From: Acidimicrobiia bacterium
Lineage (GTDB): Bacteria; Actinomycetota; Acidimicrobiia; Acidimicrobiales; CAIXPF01
DNA: 64,000 nucleotides
Assembly: GCA_947476745.1 (NCBI GenBank)
Contig: CANJRG010000012.1
Location: forward strand, 20,256-84,255
Direction of reading: 5' to 3'
Shown: positions 21,794 to 30,794 of the stretch, in pieces
Layout: each line of letters starts with the position of its first letter
Numbering within the stretch: the first letter of the stretch is position 1
The notes under the pieces: model-generated
Told to the model about the DNA's origin: nothing
Database searches by the model: none
The model's input: only the letters and a program-made list of their open reading frames with translations
Position numbers and translations under genes: made by a program

Positions 21794-22717
21794 TCAACCG
21801 GCCTGCACGGTCGGGCCGGGCGGGGCCACCACGACCACCGGCCTGAAGTCACCGCCGGCCGCTTCGACCACGGCCACGAGGTCGCCGTCGGGTCCGTACA
21901 CCGCGGACACCGAGCGGTCCCCGGAGGCAACCGACGGGACGCGGCGGGCGCCGACCGACCCCGATACCAGCCGGCGGCCCTGCACCAGCGCCGCGACACC
22001 GGCGGCGTCGGTGTCCAACCCCGGATAATCCCGCAGCACCTCACGCATAGGAAGCAGCTCGAGTTGCTCCAGCCCACGGGCATCGCCGAGCCCGAAACCG
22101 CCGACCGCCGTTCGGCGCAGCCCGCGCAGGTGGGCGCCACCACCGAGCGCCGTACCGAGGTCCGCCGCCAGCGACCGGATGTAGGTGCCCGAGCCGCACT
22201 CGACCGACAAGCGGAACACCCCCGGCACGTCCGTCGATTCGACGTCGATTCGGCGGATCACGACCTTGCGGGCCTTACGTTCGATCTCGATCCCCTCCCG
22301 GGCCAGCTCGTGCAGCCGCCGGCCATCGACCTTGATGGCGGACACCATCGGGGGAACCTGGTCGATCTCGCCAATGAAGGCGGGCAGCACGGCGTGTACG
22401 TCGTCCAGCGTGACACCGTCCATGGCGAACGTCCCGGTCACCTCACCGGCGGCATCGAGCGTCGAGGTCGTGGTCCCGAGCACCACTTCGCCGATGTACA
22501 CCTTGCCGAGGTCGGTGAGGAAGCGCAGCAACCTCGTTGCCCTGCCGACGCCGAGGACCAGGACCCCCGTGGCATCCGGGTCGAGCGTGCCCGAATGGCC
22601 CACCTTCCGGGTACCGAGCAATCCTCGCGACTTGGCGACGACGTCGTGGGAGGTCCAGCCGGCCGGTTTGTCGACGACACACACCCCGTCAATCGGCGGT
22701 GCCGGACGGCGAGCCAT
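21794..22717 (-). CDS. truB: tRNA pseudouridine(55) synthase
   Basis: 307 aa. VDKPAGWTSHDVV and GHSGTLDPDATGVL catalytic-Asp motif. Confidence 0.93.
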   Translation of the reverse strand: MARRPAPPIDGVCVVDKPAGWTSHDVVAKSRGLLGTRKVGHSGTLDPDATGVLVLGVGRATRLLRFLTDLGKVYIGEVVLGTTTSTLDAAGEVTGTFAMDGVTLDDVHAVLPAFIGEIDQVPPMVSAIKVDGRRLHELAREGIEIERKARKVVIRRIDVESTDVPGVFRLSVECGSGTYIRSLAADLGTALGGGAHLRGLRRTAVGGFGLGDARGLEQLELLPMREVLRDYPGLDTDAAGVAALVQGRRLVSGSVGARRVPSVASGDRSVSAVYGPDGDLVAVVEAAGGDFRPVVVVAPPGPTVQAG

Positions 22718-23255
22718 CCCGGACCTCCCCGGTCGGATCTATCCCGCCGTCGTGGTCCGATGGTTCCGCTCCGCCGCCAGCGACCCCCCCGACGGCCGGA
22801 GTCGAGGGACCCGCGCCATCCGCTGGGTCGGCGTCCCCGGCACCCTGGGCATCCTCGGCCTCTCCGGCATCGTCGCCCGGCAGCGGTCCGATCTCCCGGA
22901 GCAGCGCCTCGACGCGGATTCCCTCCCGAACACCGCGATCGGGACCGAAGTGAAGTTCGGGCGTACGACGCATCCTGGCTTGACGGCCGATCGCCGCCTG
23001 GAGCCGGATCCGGCGTTCAGCCAGCGCCTCGAGCACCACCGGATCGGACTCCTCGCCCCCGAGCGACGAGTAGAACACCATCGCCGTGGTCAGCTCGGGG
23101 TTGGTATCCACCCCGGTGATGCTGACCCATTCGAGGCGTGGATCGTCGATTCGCTCCAGCTCGTCGCCAATTATCTCGCGCAACAGTTCGTTCACCCGGG
23201 CGGTCCGCGGAAAGTCACGGTTCCCGCCACCATGGCTACGTCGACGTCGGTTCAT
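22689..23255 (-). CDS. rbfA: Ribosome-binding factor A with an acidic/Gly-rich C-terminal extension
   Basis: 188 aa. RVNELLREIIGDELERIDDPRLEWVSITGVD... is the RbfA core. It overlaps the truB start by 29 nt. Confidence 0.88.
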   Translation of the reverse strand: MNRRRRSHGGGNRDFPRTARVNELLREIIGDELERIDDPRLEWVSITGVDTNPELTTAMVFYSSLGGEESDPVVLEALAERRIRLQAAIGRQARMRRTPELHFGPDRGVREGIRVEALLREIGPLPGDDAGEAEDAQGAGDADPADGAGPSTPAVGGVAGGGAEPSDHDGGIDPTGEVRDGSPSGTAD

Positions 23256-23366
23256 GGTCCTTCACCTGCCCTGTTCCGGCGCCGGGCGCCGCCGCCGGCA
23301 GCACCGGCACGGTAGTTCGCAATGATTGAGGTTCAGCCATCGCGCCACGTCATACTCGGCGCCGCC

Positions 23367-23588
23367 TCACGCTTGTTCGAGCCAGCTGCGCTCCGCGAAC
23401 AGCACCTCAACCTCGGGGAAGGACCAGACGAATCCCTCGACCTCGTCCATGATCGCCGACGCCTGATGGGGCGCCACCGACACCAGGGCGAATCCGAGTT
23501 CGACCCGCTGCCATCGGTCGAGACCGCCTACCTCGGCCCTACTGACCCGGAAACGTTGGCGGGCGCCGTCGAGTATCGGCTTCTCCAC
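23367..23588 (-). CDS. DUF503 (YlxP-like) protein, apparently N-terminally short
   Basis: 73 codons from GTG 23588. RFRVSRAEVGGLDRWQRVELGFALVS matches my recollection of the DUF503 core. Its position between infB and rbfA is the conserved one. About 20 N-terminal residues seem to be missing. Confidence 0.6.
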   Translation of the reverse strand: MEKPILDGARQRFRVSRAEVGGLDRWQRVELGFALVSVAPHQASAIMDEVEGFVWSFPEVEVLFAERSWLEQA

Positions 23589-23635
23589 GTGCCTGCCTGC
23601 CGGTCCTTCAAGAACCGGCAGGCAGGCACGTGGAG
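23583..23635 (-). other. Perfect 22-bp inverted repeat (stem-loop) covering the DUF503 start codon
   Basis: Read directly: CTCCACGTGCCTGCCTGCCGGT (23583-23604), loop CCTTCAAGA, then ACCGGCAGGCAGGCACGTGGAG (23614-23635). The GTG start at 23586-23588 lies inside one arm. Confidence 0.9.
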
Positions 23636-23685
23636 ATCCATGCGGAGGGCGAGGACGAACACGACCGACCCTCCGCCGTCAACGG

Positions 23686-26600
23686 TCAGGTACGGGGGAT
23701 CTCGCGATCCTCGAAGGTCTCGATGGTGTCACCCTGCTTGAGGTCCTGGAAGTCCGACAGGCCGATACCGCACTCGTAGCCGGTGTTCACCTCTCGGGCG
23801 TCATCCTTGAAACGCCGCAGGGACGAGACGGTGCCCTTCCAGATGATCGTGCCCTCCCGCAGGAAGCGCACCTTGGAGTTCCTGGTGATCGTGCCGCTGA
23901 GCACGTAGCAACCGGCGATCGAACCAACTTTCGGGACCCGGAAAATCTCGCGGACCTCGGCCTCGCCGGTGACCACTTCTTCGAACTCCGGAGCGAGCAG
24001 GCCGAGCATGGCGTTCTCGATGTCCTCGAGGACGTTGTAGATGATCTCGTAGGTGCGGATCTCCACGCCCTCGTGGTGGGAAATCTCCCGCACCTTGCGG
24101 TCCGGCCGGACGTTGAAGCCGATGAGCGTGGCGTTAGAGGCCGCTGCCAACTGGATGTCGCTCTTCGTGATGCCGCCCACGCCTCGCAGGACGAAGTTCA
24201 GCTTCACGTCATCGCGCTCGAGCTTCTTCAGCGACTCCGTCAACGCCTCGAGTGAACCGGTGACATCAGCCTTCAAGATGAGGTTGAGGGTTGCGGTTTC
24301 ACCGGCCTGAATGTGCCGGAACACGTCCTCGAGTCGGGCGCCACCGGCCGCAATGTGCGGCACGCTGCCCAACGACGCCTGGCGCTGCCAGTGCTCGCGG
24401 GTCTGGGCGACCTCGCGGGACACCTTCTCACTCGGTGCGACGATGAAGTCGTCACCGGCCTCGGCTACCTCGGACAGGCCGAGGATCTGCACCGGTGTGG
24501 ACGGGCCGACCGACTTGACCTGCTTGCCCTTGTCGTCGATGAGTGCCCGTACTTTGCCCCAGGCTGCGCCGGCGACAACCGGGTCACCGACCTTCAAGGT
24601 GCCTCGTTGTACCAGCACCGTCGCCACCGGACCACGTCCGATGTCGAGGTTGGACTCGAGCACGACGCCCGTCGCCCGGCCCGTGGCATTGGCTCGAAGG
24701 TCCTCGACCTCGGAGACCACCAGCAGGTTTTCGAGCAGGTCGTCTACACCGAAGTTCTGCAGCGCGGAGACCTCGACCATGATCGTGTCGCCGCCCCAGG
24801 CTTCGGGGATCAACCCTCGCTCGGACAACTGCTGCATGACCCGGGTGGGATCGGCCTCGGCCCGGTCGATCTTGTTGATCGCCACCACGATGGGAACCTC
24901 GGCCGCACGGGCATGCTGGATCGCTTCGAGCGTCTGGGGCATGACCCCGTCGTCGGCCGCGACCACCAACACCACGATGTCGGTGGCCTCGGCACCTCGG
25001 GCACGCATGGCGGTAAAGGCCTCGTGGCCGGGTGTATCGATGAAGGTGATCGACTGGCCACCCTTCTCGACCTGGTAGGCGCCGATGTGCTGGGTGATGC
25101 CGCCGGCCTCGCCCGCCACCACGTTCGTGTTGCGGATCTGGTCGAGCAGCTTCGTTTTACCGTGGTCGACGTGGCCCATGACGGTGATGACCGGCGGGCG
25201 GAGCGGCAACGAGTCGTAATCTTCGTCGTCGTCGACGAGATCGAGGCCGAGGCGACCGCGGAGCTGTACCTCTTGCTCCTCGCCAGGGTCGACCATCTTG
25301 AGCTGCGCGCCGACCTCTGCGGCGAACAGCTCCATCATGTCGTCCGACAGCGACTGGGTCGCCGTGACCATCTCACCCTGTTGGAGCAGGAACCGCACGA
25401 CGTCAGCGGCCGTACGGTTGAGCTTCGGGCCGAACTGCTGCGCAGTCGATCCTCGCTCGACGACTACCTCGCCCTCGGGCACCGGCGCATTGACCGGCGT
25501 ATAGGCCGGCATGCCGAGCGGCTGGAGCTCTTCCATGCTGCGACGCCGACGACTCTTGCGACGCTGCTGCGGACCACGACGACCGCCGGGTCCACCGCCG
25601 GGTCCACCGCGGCCGGGTCCACCACCGGGTCCACCACCGGGACGCCCGGCGAAGCCACCACCGGGACCGCCACCCGGACCACCGCCGGGCCCACCGGGAC
25701 CGCCACCAGGACGACCGGCGAAACCGCCACCGGGACGACCGGCGAAGCCACCGCCGCCACCACCGGGACCGCCACCAGGGCGCGACCCACCGGGACCACC
25801 GGGACCACCGGGGCCGCCGGGACCACCGGGACGCCGCGGGCCGCCGGGCGGCGGCGGGATCGGCCGACCGGTGCGAGAAAGAGGAGGACCGCCAGGGGGC
25901 GGGGGAATCGGACGACCCGACGCCGACGTCGGTGGGCCGCCAGGACGAGGCGGACCGGGCGGGCGGGGACCACCCGGCCCGGGACGCATCCCGGGCATCG
26001 GCGGCCTGGCCCCGGGAGGCGGACCTGCCGGACGGGGTGCACCCGGACCCGCACCTGGCGCACCCGTTGGAGCCGACTGGCCCGGCGCAGGAGGCCGCGG
26101 ACCGGTCGGCATGCCCGGGCGGGGCGCGCCTTGACCGGCTCCCGGCGCAGGCGGCCGCGGACCGGTCGGCATGCCCGGGCGCGGACCACTGGGGGCAGGG
26201 GCGTCGGGCCGGCGGGGAACCTCACGTCCACCCGACGCGATCGGAGTACGGCTCGGCGGTGGGCCCTGCGGCGCAGGGCGCACGCCGGGAGCAGGGCGCG
26301 GCGGGACCGGCGCGCCACCGGCCGTGGGGGTCGGAGGCCGGGCTGCCTGCGGCAGCACGGCCGGACGCACCAGGGCGTCCGGGCTCGACGGGGCAGGGGC
26401 TGCACCTGCGGGCTGCGGCGGTGCCACCGGGGCGACCGGGACGGCGGCCTCCGCCAGGGGAACGCTCGGAGCCGAACCAGCCGGAGTAGGAACCTCGACC
26501 GGAGGAGTCGTCGCCGGGGCGACCGGGGTAACAGCAGCGGGAGGCTCGGCCACCGGCGCAGGAGCCGGCGCAGCAGGCTTCACTGAGCTCGGGGCGAGTG

Positions 26601-26799
26601 GCTCGTCCTCGGGCGGTTGATGATCGCGGACCAAGCCTTCGCGCTCGGCACGGCGCCGCACCCGGTCTGCCTGGGCTTCCACCACACTTGACGAGTGGCT
26701 CTTCACCCCGACTCCGAGCGCGTCGCAGAGATCGAGCGTCTCCTTGTTGGTAAGACCAAGCTCTCGTGCGAGCTCGTACAGCCGAATCTTTGCGGGCAA
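23686..26799 (-). CDS. infB: Translation initiation factor IF-2 with a very long Pro/Gly/Ala-rich N-terminal region
   Basis: Proposed TTG start at 26799 gives [24 protein letters not shown]..., a canonical IF-2 N-terminus, with GAGGGG 13 nt upstream. G-domain [16 protein letters not shown] and NKID. The ATG at 27033 in the ORF track would overlap ylxR. Confidence 0.93.
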   Translation of the reverse strand: MPAKIRLYELARELGLTNKETLDLCDALGVGVKSHSSSVVEAQADRVRRRAEREGLVRDHQPPEDEPLAPSSVKPAAPAPAPVAEPPAAVTPVAPATTPPVEVPTPAGSAPSVPLAEAAVPVAPVAPPQPAGAAPAPSSPDALVRPAVLPQAARPPTPTAGGAPVPPRPAPGVRPAPQGPPPSRTPIASGGREVPRRPDAPAPSGPRPGMPTGPRPPAPGAGQGAPRPGMPTGPRPPAPGQSAPTGAPGAGPGAPRPAGPPPGARPPMPGMRPGPGGPRPPGPPRPGGPPTSASGRPIPPPPGGPPLSRTGRPIPPPPGGPRRPGGPGGPGGPGGPGGSRPGGGPGGGGGGFAGRPGGGFAGRPGGGPGGPGGGPGGGPGGGFAGRPGGGPGGGPGRGGPGGGPGGRRGPQQRRKSRRRRSMEELQPLGMPAYTPVNAPVPEGEVVVERGSTAQQFGPKLNRTAADVVRFLLQQGEMVTATQSLSDDMMELFAAEVGAQLKMVDPGEEQEVQLRGRLGLDLVDDDEDYDSLPLRPPVITVMGHVDHGKTKLLDQIRNTNVVAGEAGGITQHIGAYQVEKGGQSITFIDTPGHEAFTAMRARGAEATDIVVLVVAADDGVMPQTLEAIQHARAAEVPIVVAINKIDRAEADPTRVMQQLSERGLIPEAWGGDTIMVEVSALQNFGVDDLLENLLVVSEVEDLRANATGRATGVVLESNLDIGRGPVATVLVQRGTLKVGDPVVAGAAWGKVRALIDDKGKQVKSVGPSTPVQILGLSEVAEAGDDFIVAPSEKVSREVAQTREHWQRQASLGSVPHIAAGGARLEDVFRHIQAGETATLNLILKADVTGSLEALTESLKKLERDDVKLNFVLRGVGGITKSDIQLAAASNATLIGFNVRPDRKVREISHHEGVEIRTYEIIYNVLEDIENAMLGLLAPEFEEVVTGEAEVREIFRVPKVGSIAGCYVLSGTITRNSKVRFLREGTIIWKGTVSSLRRFKDDAREVNTGYECGIGLSDFQDLKQGDTIETFEDREIPRT
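26081..26181 (-). repeat. 60-bp-period duplication inside infB (41-nt copies, 1 mismatch)
   Basis: cccggcgcagg[a/c]ggccgcggaccggtcggcatgcccgggcg occurs at 26081-26121 and 26141-26181. It encodes the twice-repeated [17 protein letters not shown]. Confidence 0.85.
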
Positions 26800-26891
26800 G
26801 TGCTGTCTCAGCCCCTCAGGTCTGTCAATTGGGCGACACGCGCCGCCAGCCCCCGGGACACCCGCGGGCAGGCCACACGCGACCGACCATG

Positions 26892-27152
26892 CTAGTCGGC
26901 ACAGGCAGCGTCCCGGAAACCATTCACGTCGACGATGTCGCTGAGCGATGCCGGGAGGACCGGGGTCCGTCGCAGCGCACGGGTCCAGGCACGCCGTTTC
27001 ACCGCATGATCCCAACAGCTCTGAGCGGGGCACAACCAGGCTCCGCGTCCGGGCGCCACACGGCTCGACATCAAACCCTCGCGGTCCCCCAGGACGAAGC
27101 GAAGCAGCTCGATCCGGGGCCGGACACCACGACAGCCGATGCAGGTGCGCAT
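26892..27152 (-). CDS. ylxR: YlxR/DUF448 family RNA-binding protein
   Basis: 86 aa from ATG 27152: MRTCIGCRGVRPRIELLRFV...GRGAWLC. Its position between nusA and infB is the conserved one. Confidence 0.8.
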   Translation of the reverse strand: MRTCIGCRGVRPRIELLRFVLGDREGLMSSRVAPGRGAWLCPAQSCWDHAVKRRAWTRALRRTPVLPASLSDIVDVNGFRDAACAD

Positions 27153-27168
27153 CGGCTGTCGGGTTTCA

Positions 27169-28530
27169 TCACGCTTCGGCAGCGGGAGCCTCGGCGTCGA
27201 TCTCGATCTCGGACGGAGCGGCGGCTGCATCACCCTCGGCAGGAGCGGCGGCTCCGTCAGGAGCGGCGGCTCCGTCAGCAGCGGCGGCTCCGTCAGCAGC
27301 AGCGGCGGCTCCGTCAGCAGCAGCGGCGGCTCCGTCAGCAGCAGCGGCGGCTCCGTCAGCAGCAGCGGCGGCTCCGTCAGCAGCGGCGGCGGCTCCGTCA
27401 GCAGCGGACGGGGCTTCCGGACCGCTCGACCACTCCTGGGCCGACATCGACGGGCCACCCTCCGCCGGCTGCCAGACCTGCTCGCCGGTGGCCGGATCGA
27501 CGACCCACTCGCCCTCGGCCCATTCCTCGCCCTCGGGGAGCAGACCGTCGACCTCGTCGCGGATCTGGGTCTCCGACTTGATGTCGATACGCCAACCGGT
27601 CAGACGAGCTGCCAGACGGGCGTTCTGCCCTTCCTTGCCGATCGCCAGGGACAGCTGATGATCGGGAACGATCACCTCGGCGGTACCGGTGTCGGGATGG
27701 ATCCTCACCTCTTTGACCTTGGCCGGCGAGAGAGCCTTCGTCACGAAGTCGGACGGCTCGTGGCTGAAAGGCACGATGTCGATCTTCTCGCCCCGCAGTT
27801 CGTTGACGACCTGGCGGACGCGCCCACCTCGTGCACCGACGCAGGCACCCACGGGATCGACGTTGCCGTCGTTGGACCACACCGCGATCTTGGTGCGATG
27901 GCCTGGCTCACGCGCACAGGCCTTGATCTCGACGGTGCCGTCGGCGATCTCGGGGACCTCGAGCTTGAACAGCTCGAGGATGAGACCAGGGTGCGTCCGC
28001 GACACGACGATCTGCGGTCCTTTGGCCGTCTTGCGCACCTCGACGATGTAGGCCTTGAGCCGTGCGCCCGGGTCCGGGCGCTCGAAGGAGACCTGTTCGG
28101 CCTGCGGCAACAGGGCCTCGACCCGACCGAGGTCGAGCAGGGTGTAGCGGCTGTCGCTCTGCTGGATGATCCCGGTGACGATGTCGCCCTCGCGGCCGGC
28201 GTACTCCTCGTACTTCAGCTCGCGTTCGGCTTCACGGATGCGCTGCATCATGACTTGCTTGGCGGTCTGCGCAGCGATACGGCCGAAGTCGGAGGGGGTC
28301 ACGTCGAGCTCGCCGCCCATCGGTTCGCCGTCCTCGTCGAGCTCCTGCGCATGCACCCGGATCTCGAAGGTGTCCGGATCTATGGTGACCCACGAGTACT
28401 CGTAGGCCTTCGGCATGCGCTTGTAGGCCGACTCCAGCGCGTCGGCCAGAGCCCGGAACAAGGTGTCGACCGAGATGCCCTTGTCTGCGGCCAGCGCCTG
28501 CAGCGCCTCCATCATGTCGGGGTTGCTCAT
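27169..28530 (-). CDS. nusA: Transcription termination/antitermination factor NusA with a repetitive Ala/Asp/Gly tail
   Basis: 453 aa with an N-terminal domain, S1 and two KH domains (LAIGKEGQNARLAARLTGWRIDI). The tail is (DGAAAAA)n. Confidence 0.95.
   Translation of the reverse strand: MSNPDMMEALQALAADKGISVDTLFRALADALESAYKRMPKAYEYSWVTIDPDTFEIRVHAQELDEDGEPMGGELDVTPSDFGRIAAQTAKQVMMQRIREAERELKYEEYAGREGDIVTGIIQQSDSRYTLLDLGRVEALLPQAEQVSFERPDPGARLKAYIVEVRKTAKGPQIVVSRTHPGLILELFKLEVPEIADGTVEIKACAREPGHRTKIAVWSNDGNVDPVGACVGARGGRVRQVVNELRGEKIDIVPFSHEPSDFVTKALSPAKVKEVRIHPDTGTAEVIVPDHQLSLAIGKEGQNARLAARLTGWRIDIKSETQIRDEVDGLLPEGEEWAEGEWVVDPATGEQVWQPAEGGPSMSAQEWSSGPEAPSAADGAAAAADGAAAAADGAAAAADGAAAAADGAAAAADGAAAADGAAAPDGAAAPAEGDAAAAPSEIEIDAEAPAAEA
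27241..27399 (-). repeat. Eight tandem 18/21-bp units in the nusA 3' end
   Basis: Read directly: three 18-bp units (a[g/c][g/c]agcggcggctccgtc) at 27241-27294, then five 21-bp units at 27295-27399. They encode the DGAAA(A)A repeats. Confidence 0.9.
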
Positions 28531-28594
28531 GCCTGCACTCCATTTCGACGCGACGGTGCGCCGTCTGCGGACCGGACGAGAGTGGATCGCACCC

Positions 28595-29161
28595 TCATGG
28601 TTGGTCTCCGGCCATGGTCATTTCGTTCTTCGCCGTTGCGGATCTGGCCTTCGAGGCCTTCGCCGCACCGGGTTTGGACCCCTTGCCCGGCTTTGGACCG
28701 GGACCCCATTCGAACACGGTTCGGGCCTTGTCGATGGCCCGGTAGCCGATTTCCAGCGTCTCGGGTTCGTCGGCGGCCTTGACCGGCTCGGTGCGCACCG
28801 TGATCCCGTTGTCGTCCGCCGACAACAAGATGCCGGTCAACCGCTCGGTTTTCGGGTCGCGAGTCCAACGGAAGGTGATCTTCTGGCCAAGCACCGCCGC
28901 GAAATGGCGAGGCGTGCGCAACGGCCGCTCGACACCGGGGCTCGACACCTCGAGCGTGTAGCGGGCAGAGATCGGATCCGCTTCGTCGAGTACCCGGGAA
29001 ACCTGCTGGGTCACCTCGAACAGTCGGTCGAGGCTGATCCCACCCGGCTCGTCCACCACCACCCGCACGACGACGCCACGGTGTTCGACATCCACGAGCT
29101 CGACGCCGAGCGCATCGATGACCGGCATGATGACGCTCGACACGGTCTGGACAATCGTCAT
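28595..29161 (-). CDS. rimP: Ribosome maturation factor RimP with a Lys/Pro/Gly-rich tail
   Basis: ATG 29161 is preceded by GGAGGTGAG. MTIVQTVSSVIMPVIDALGVELVDVE...YTLEVSSPGVERPL is the RimP signature. Confidence 0.88.
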   Translation of the reverse strand: MTIVQTVSSVIMPVIDALGVELVDVEHRGVVVRVVVDEPGGISLDRLFEVTQQVSRVLDEADPISARYTLEVSSPGVERPLRTPRHFAAVLGQKITFRWTRDPKTERLTGILLSADDNGITVRTEPVKAADEPETLEIGYRAIDKARTVFEWGPGPKPGKGSKPGAAKASKARSATAKNEMTMAGDQP

Positions 29162-29203
29162 CTCACCTCCTACGGCTTCGTGCGTTCTGCAACCGGGATC
29201 AAC

Positions 29204-29264
29204 GAAGGCGTGGGCAACGCCCACGCCTTCAGCGATTCGCTCGAACGTTGGTCGGGCAATTATA
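29204..29264 (-). promoter_or_regulatory. Candidate promoter -10 (TATAAT) plus leader hairpin upstream of rimP-nusA-infB
   Basis: The minus strand reads TATAAT (revcomp of attata at 29259-29264). 28 nt downstream lies a 12-bp perfect stem, GAAGGCGTGGGC/GCCCACGCCTTC (29204-29230). The rimP RBS follows 33 nt later. Confidence 0.4.
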
Positions 29265-29346
29265 GCGGCCCGAGGCGATTCGGCTGCCCCTTGCCGGCAG
29301 CGCGGGTCCTGCCGGCCCAGCCAGCCGATCGTGAAGCATCCGACGA

Positions 29347-30756
29347 TCAGTAGGCCCGGGCCACCACGGCAACGACCTCGTCGTCGATCTCGGCGGGAAT
29401 CGTACCGTCGGGGTTCTGTAGGCACCGTACGGTGATGGCCTTCGCGGCTAGTACCTCCTCGCCCTGCTCCCCCAGAACCGACCAGCGGATCCGGGCGAAG
29501 CCAGACTGCGCCGCTTCGGCGGCCTCGTCGATGGTGCCGACCGAGACCGTGCGGTTGTCCCGTCGGGCGGTGGCGGCGGCCAACAGCCCGTCCTGGACAC
29601 CTAGCAGAGCCGCTGCCACGGCCGCGGGTACGGCGTCGAGACCGACCGCGACCTTGCCATCCTCGTCGCGCCGCACCAAGGTGACCTTGCCCTCCTTGAG
29701 GTCGCGAGGACCGACCTCGATCCGCACCGGAACGCCCTTGAGTTCCCAGTCGGTGGCTCGGCGGCCGAAGCTGGCTGAGGTGTGGGCGTCCAGCCTGGCG
29801 CGGACACCGGCGGCGACGAGACGATCCACCAACGCTTGCGCGGCCTCTCCTGAGCCATCCTCGTCTCGAACCAGCAGTACCACGACCTGCACATGGGCCA
29901 GACGAGGCGGCACCCGCATACCGGCGTCGTCACCGTGGCACATGATGAGCCCGCCCAACATGCGGGTCGAGGTTCCCCACGAGGTCGTCCAGCACAGCTG
30001 CCGCTGGCCACCCGCATCGAGGAAGTCGATGTCGAAGGCCTTGGCGAAGTTCTGGCCCAGCTCATGGCTGGTGCCCATCTGCAAGGCCTTCCCGTCGCCC
30101 ATCATGGCCTCACAGGCCATGGTGTTGATGGCCCCGGCGAACCGCTCCCGGCGGGTCTTGACCCCAACCAGGACCGGCATCGCCAGCACATTCACCATGA
30201 AGTCCTGGTAGGCCTCAAGCAGGATACGCGTAGCGTATGCGGCACCGTCGTCGCGGGTGGCGTGGGCCGTGTGCCCTTCCTGCCACAGGAACTCGGTGGT
30301 CCGCAGGAACATGCGGGGACGCAGCTCCCAGCGCACGACGTTCGCCCACTGGTTCAGCAGCAACGGCAGGTCGCGATATGACTGGATCCACTTGGCCATG
30401 AACTCGCCGAAGACCGTCTCCGAGGTCGGCCGAACCACGACGGGCTCATCGAGCTTCTTCCCACCGGCGTGAGTCACCACCGCCAGCTCCGGGCTGAAAC
30501 CCTCGACGTGTTCGGCCTCACGACGCAGGTAGCTCTCGGGGATGAACAACGGCATGTACACGTTCTCGGCGCCGCACGCCTTGATCCGGGCGTCCATCTC
30601 GGACTGCATTCGTTCCCACAAGCCGTAGCCGTACGGTCGGATCACCATCGTGCCGCGCACCGGACCGTTGTCGGCGAGTTCTGCCTTGGCTAGGACATCC
30701 TGGTACCAACGCGGGAAGTCCTCTGCTTGGGGGGTGAGGATGGGAGCCTTGGCCAT
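29347..30756 (-). CDS. proS: Proline--tRNA ligase, short archaeal/eukaryote-like type without an inserted editing domain
   Basis: 469 aa. N-terminus FPRWYQDVLAKAELADNGPVRGTMVIRPYGYGLWE, and the protein ends in Y. Bacterial-type ProRS is about 570 aa with an INS domain, from memory. Confidence 0.9.
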   Translation of the reverse strand: MAKAPILTPQAEDFPRWYQDVLAKAELADNGPVRGTMVIRPYGYGLWERMQSEMDARIKACGAENVYMPLFIPESYLRREAEHVEGFSPELAVVTHAGGKKLDEPVVVRPTSETVFGEFMAKWIQSYRDLPLLLNQWANVVRWELRPRMFLRTTEFLWQEGHTAHATRDDGAAYATRILLEAYQDFMVNVLAMPVLVGVKTRRERFAGAINTMACEAMMGDGKALQMGTSHELGQNFAKAFDIDFLDAGGQRQLCWTTSWGTSTRMLGGLIMCHGDDAGMRVPPRLAHVQVVVLLVRDEDGSGEAAQALVDRLVAAGVRARLDAHTSASFGRRATDWELKGVPVRIEVGPRDLKEGKVTLVRRDEDGKVAVGLDAVPAAVAAALLGVQDGLLAAATARRDNRTVSVGTIDEAAEAAQSGFARIRWSVLGEQGEEVLAAKAITVRCLQNPDGTIPAEIDDEVVAVVARAY

Positions 30757-30794
30757 AGATCAGGAATGGTACCGGCCACCGGGCCAGCGCAGCG

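Noticed and set aside
24313-26586. 757-aa plus-strand ORF opposite infB, plus many Arg/Pro-rich ORFs at 25464-26620
   Set aside because: These are shadows of the Pro/Gly-rich infB region. IF-2 motifs fix the real frame.
26823-26828. Perfect TTGACA (-35-like hexamer, minus strand) 25 nt upstream of the infB TTG start
   Set aside because: No acceptable -10 lies at 16-19 nt spacing (CAGCAC), and it is too close to the start codon. It is probably coincidental.
26800-27033. ATG 27033 as the infB start (1115-aa version)
   Set aside because: It would overlap all of ylxR and adds Cys/Arg-rich sequence unlike IF-2. TTG 26799 yields the canonical [16 protein letters not shown]-terminus with a nearby GAGGGG.
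27153-27458. N-terminal extension of the ylxR ORF containing (P)PLLTEPP repeats
   Set aside because: It is an alternative frame on the same strand as the nusA 18/21-bp tandem repeats and overlaps the nusA 3' end. The conserved YlxR sequence starts at MRTCIGCR (ATG 27152).
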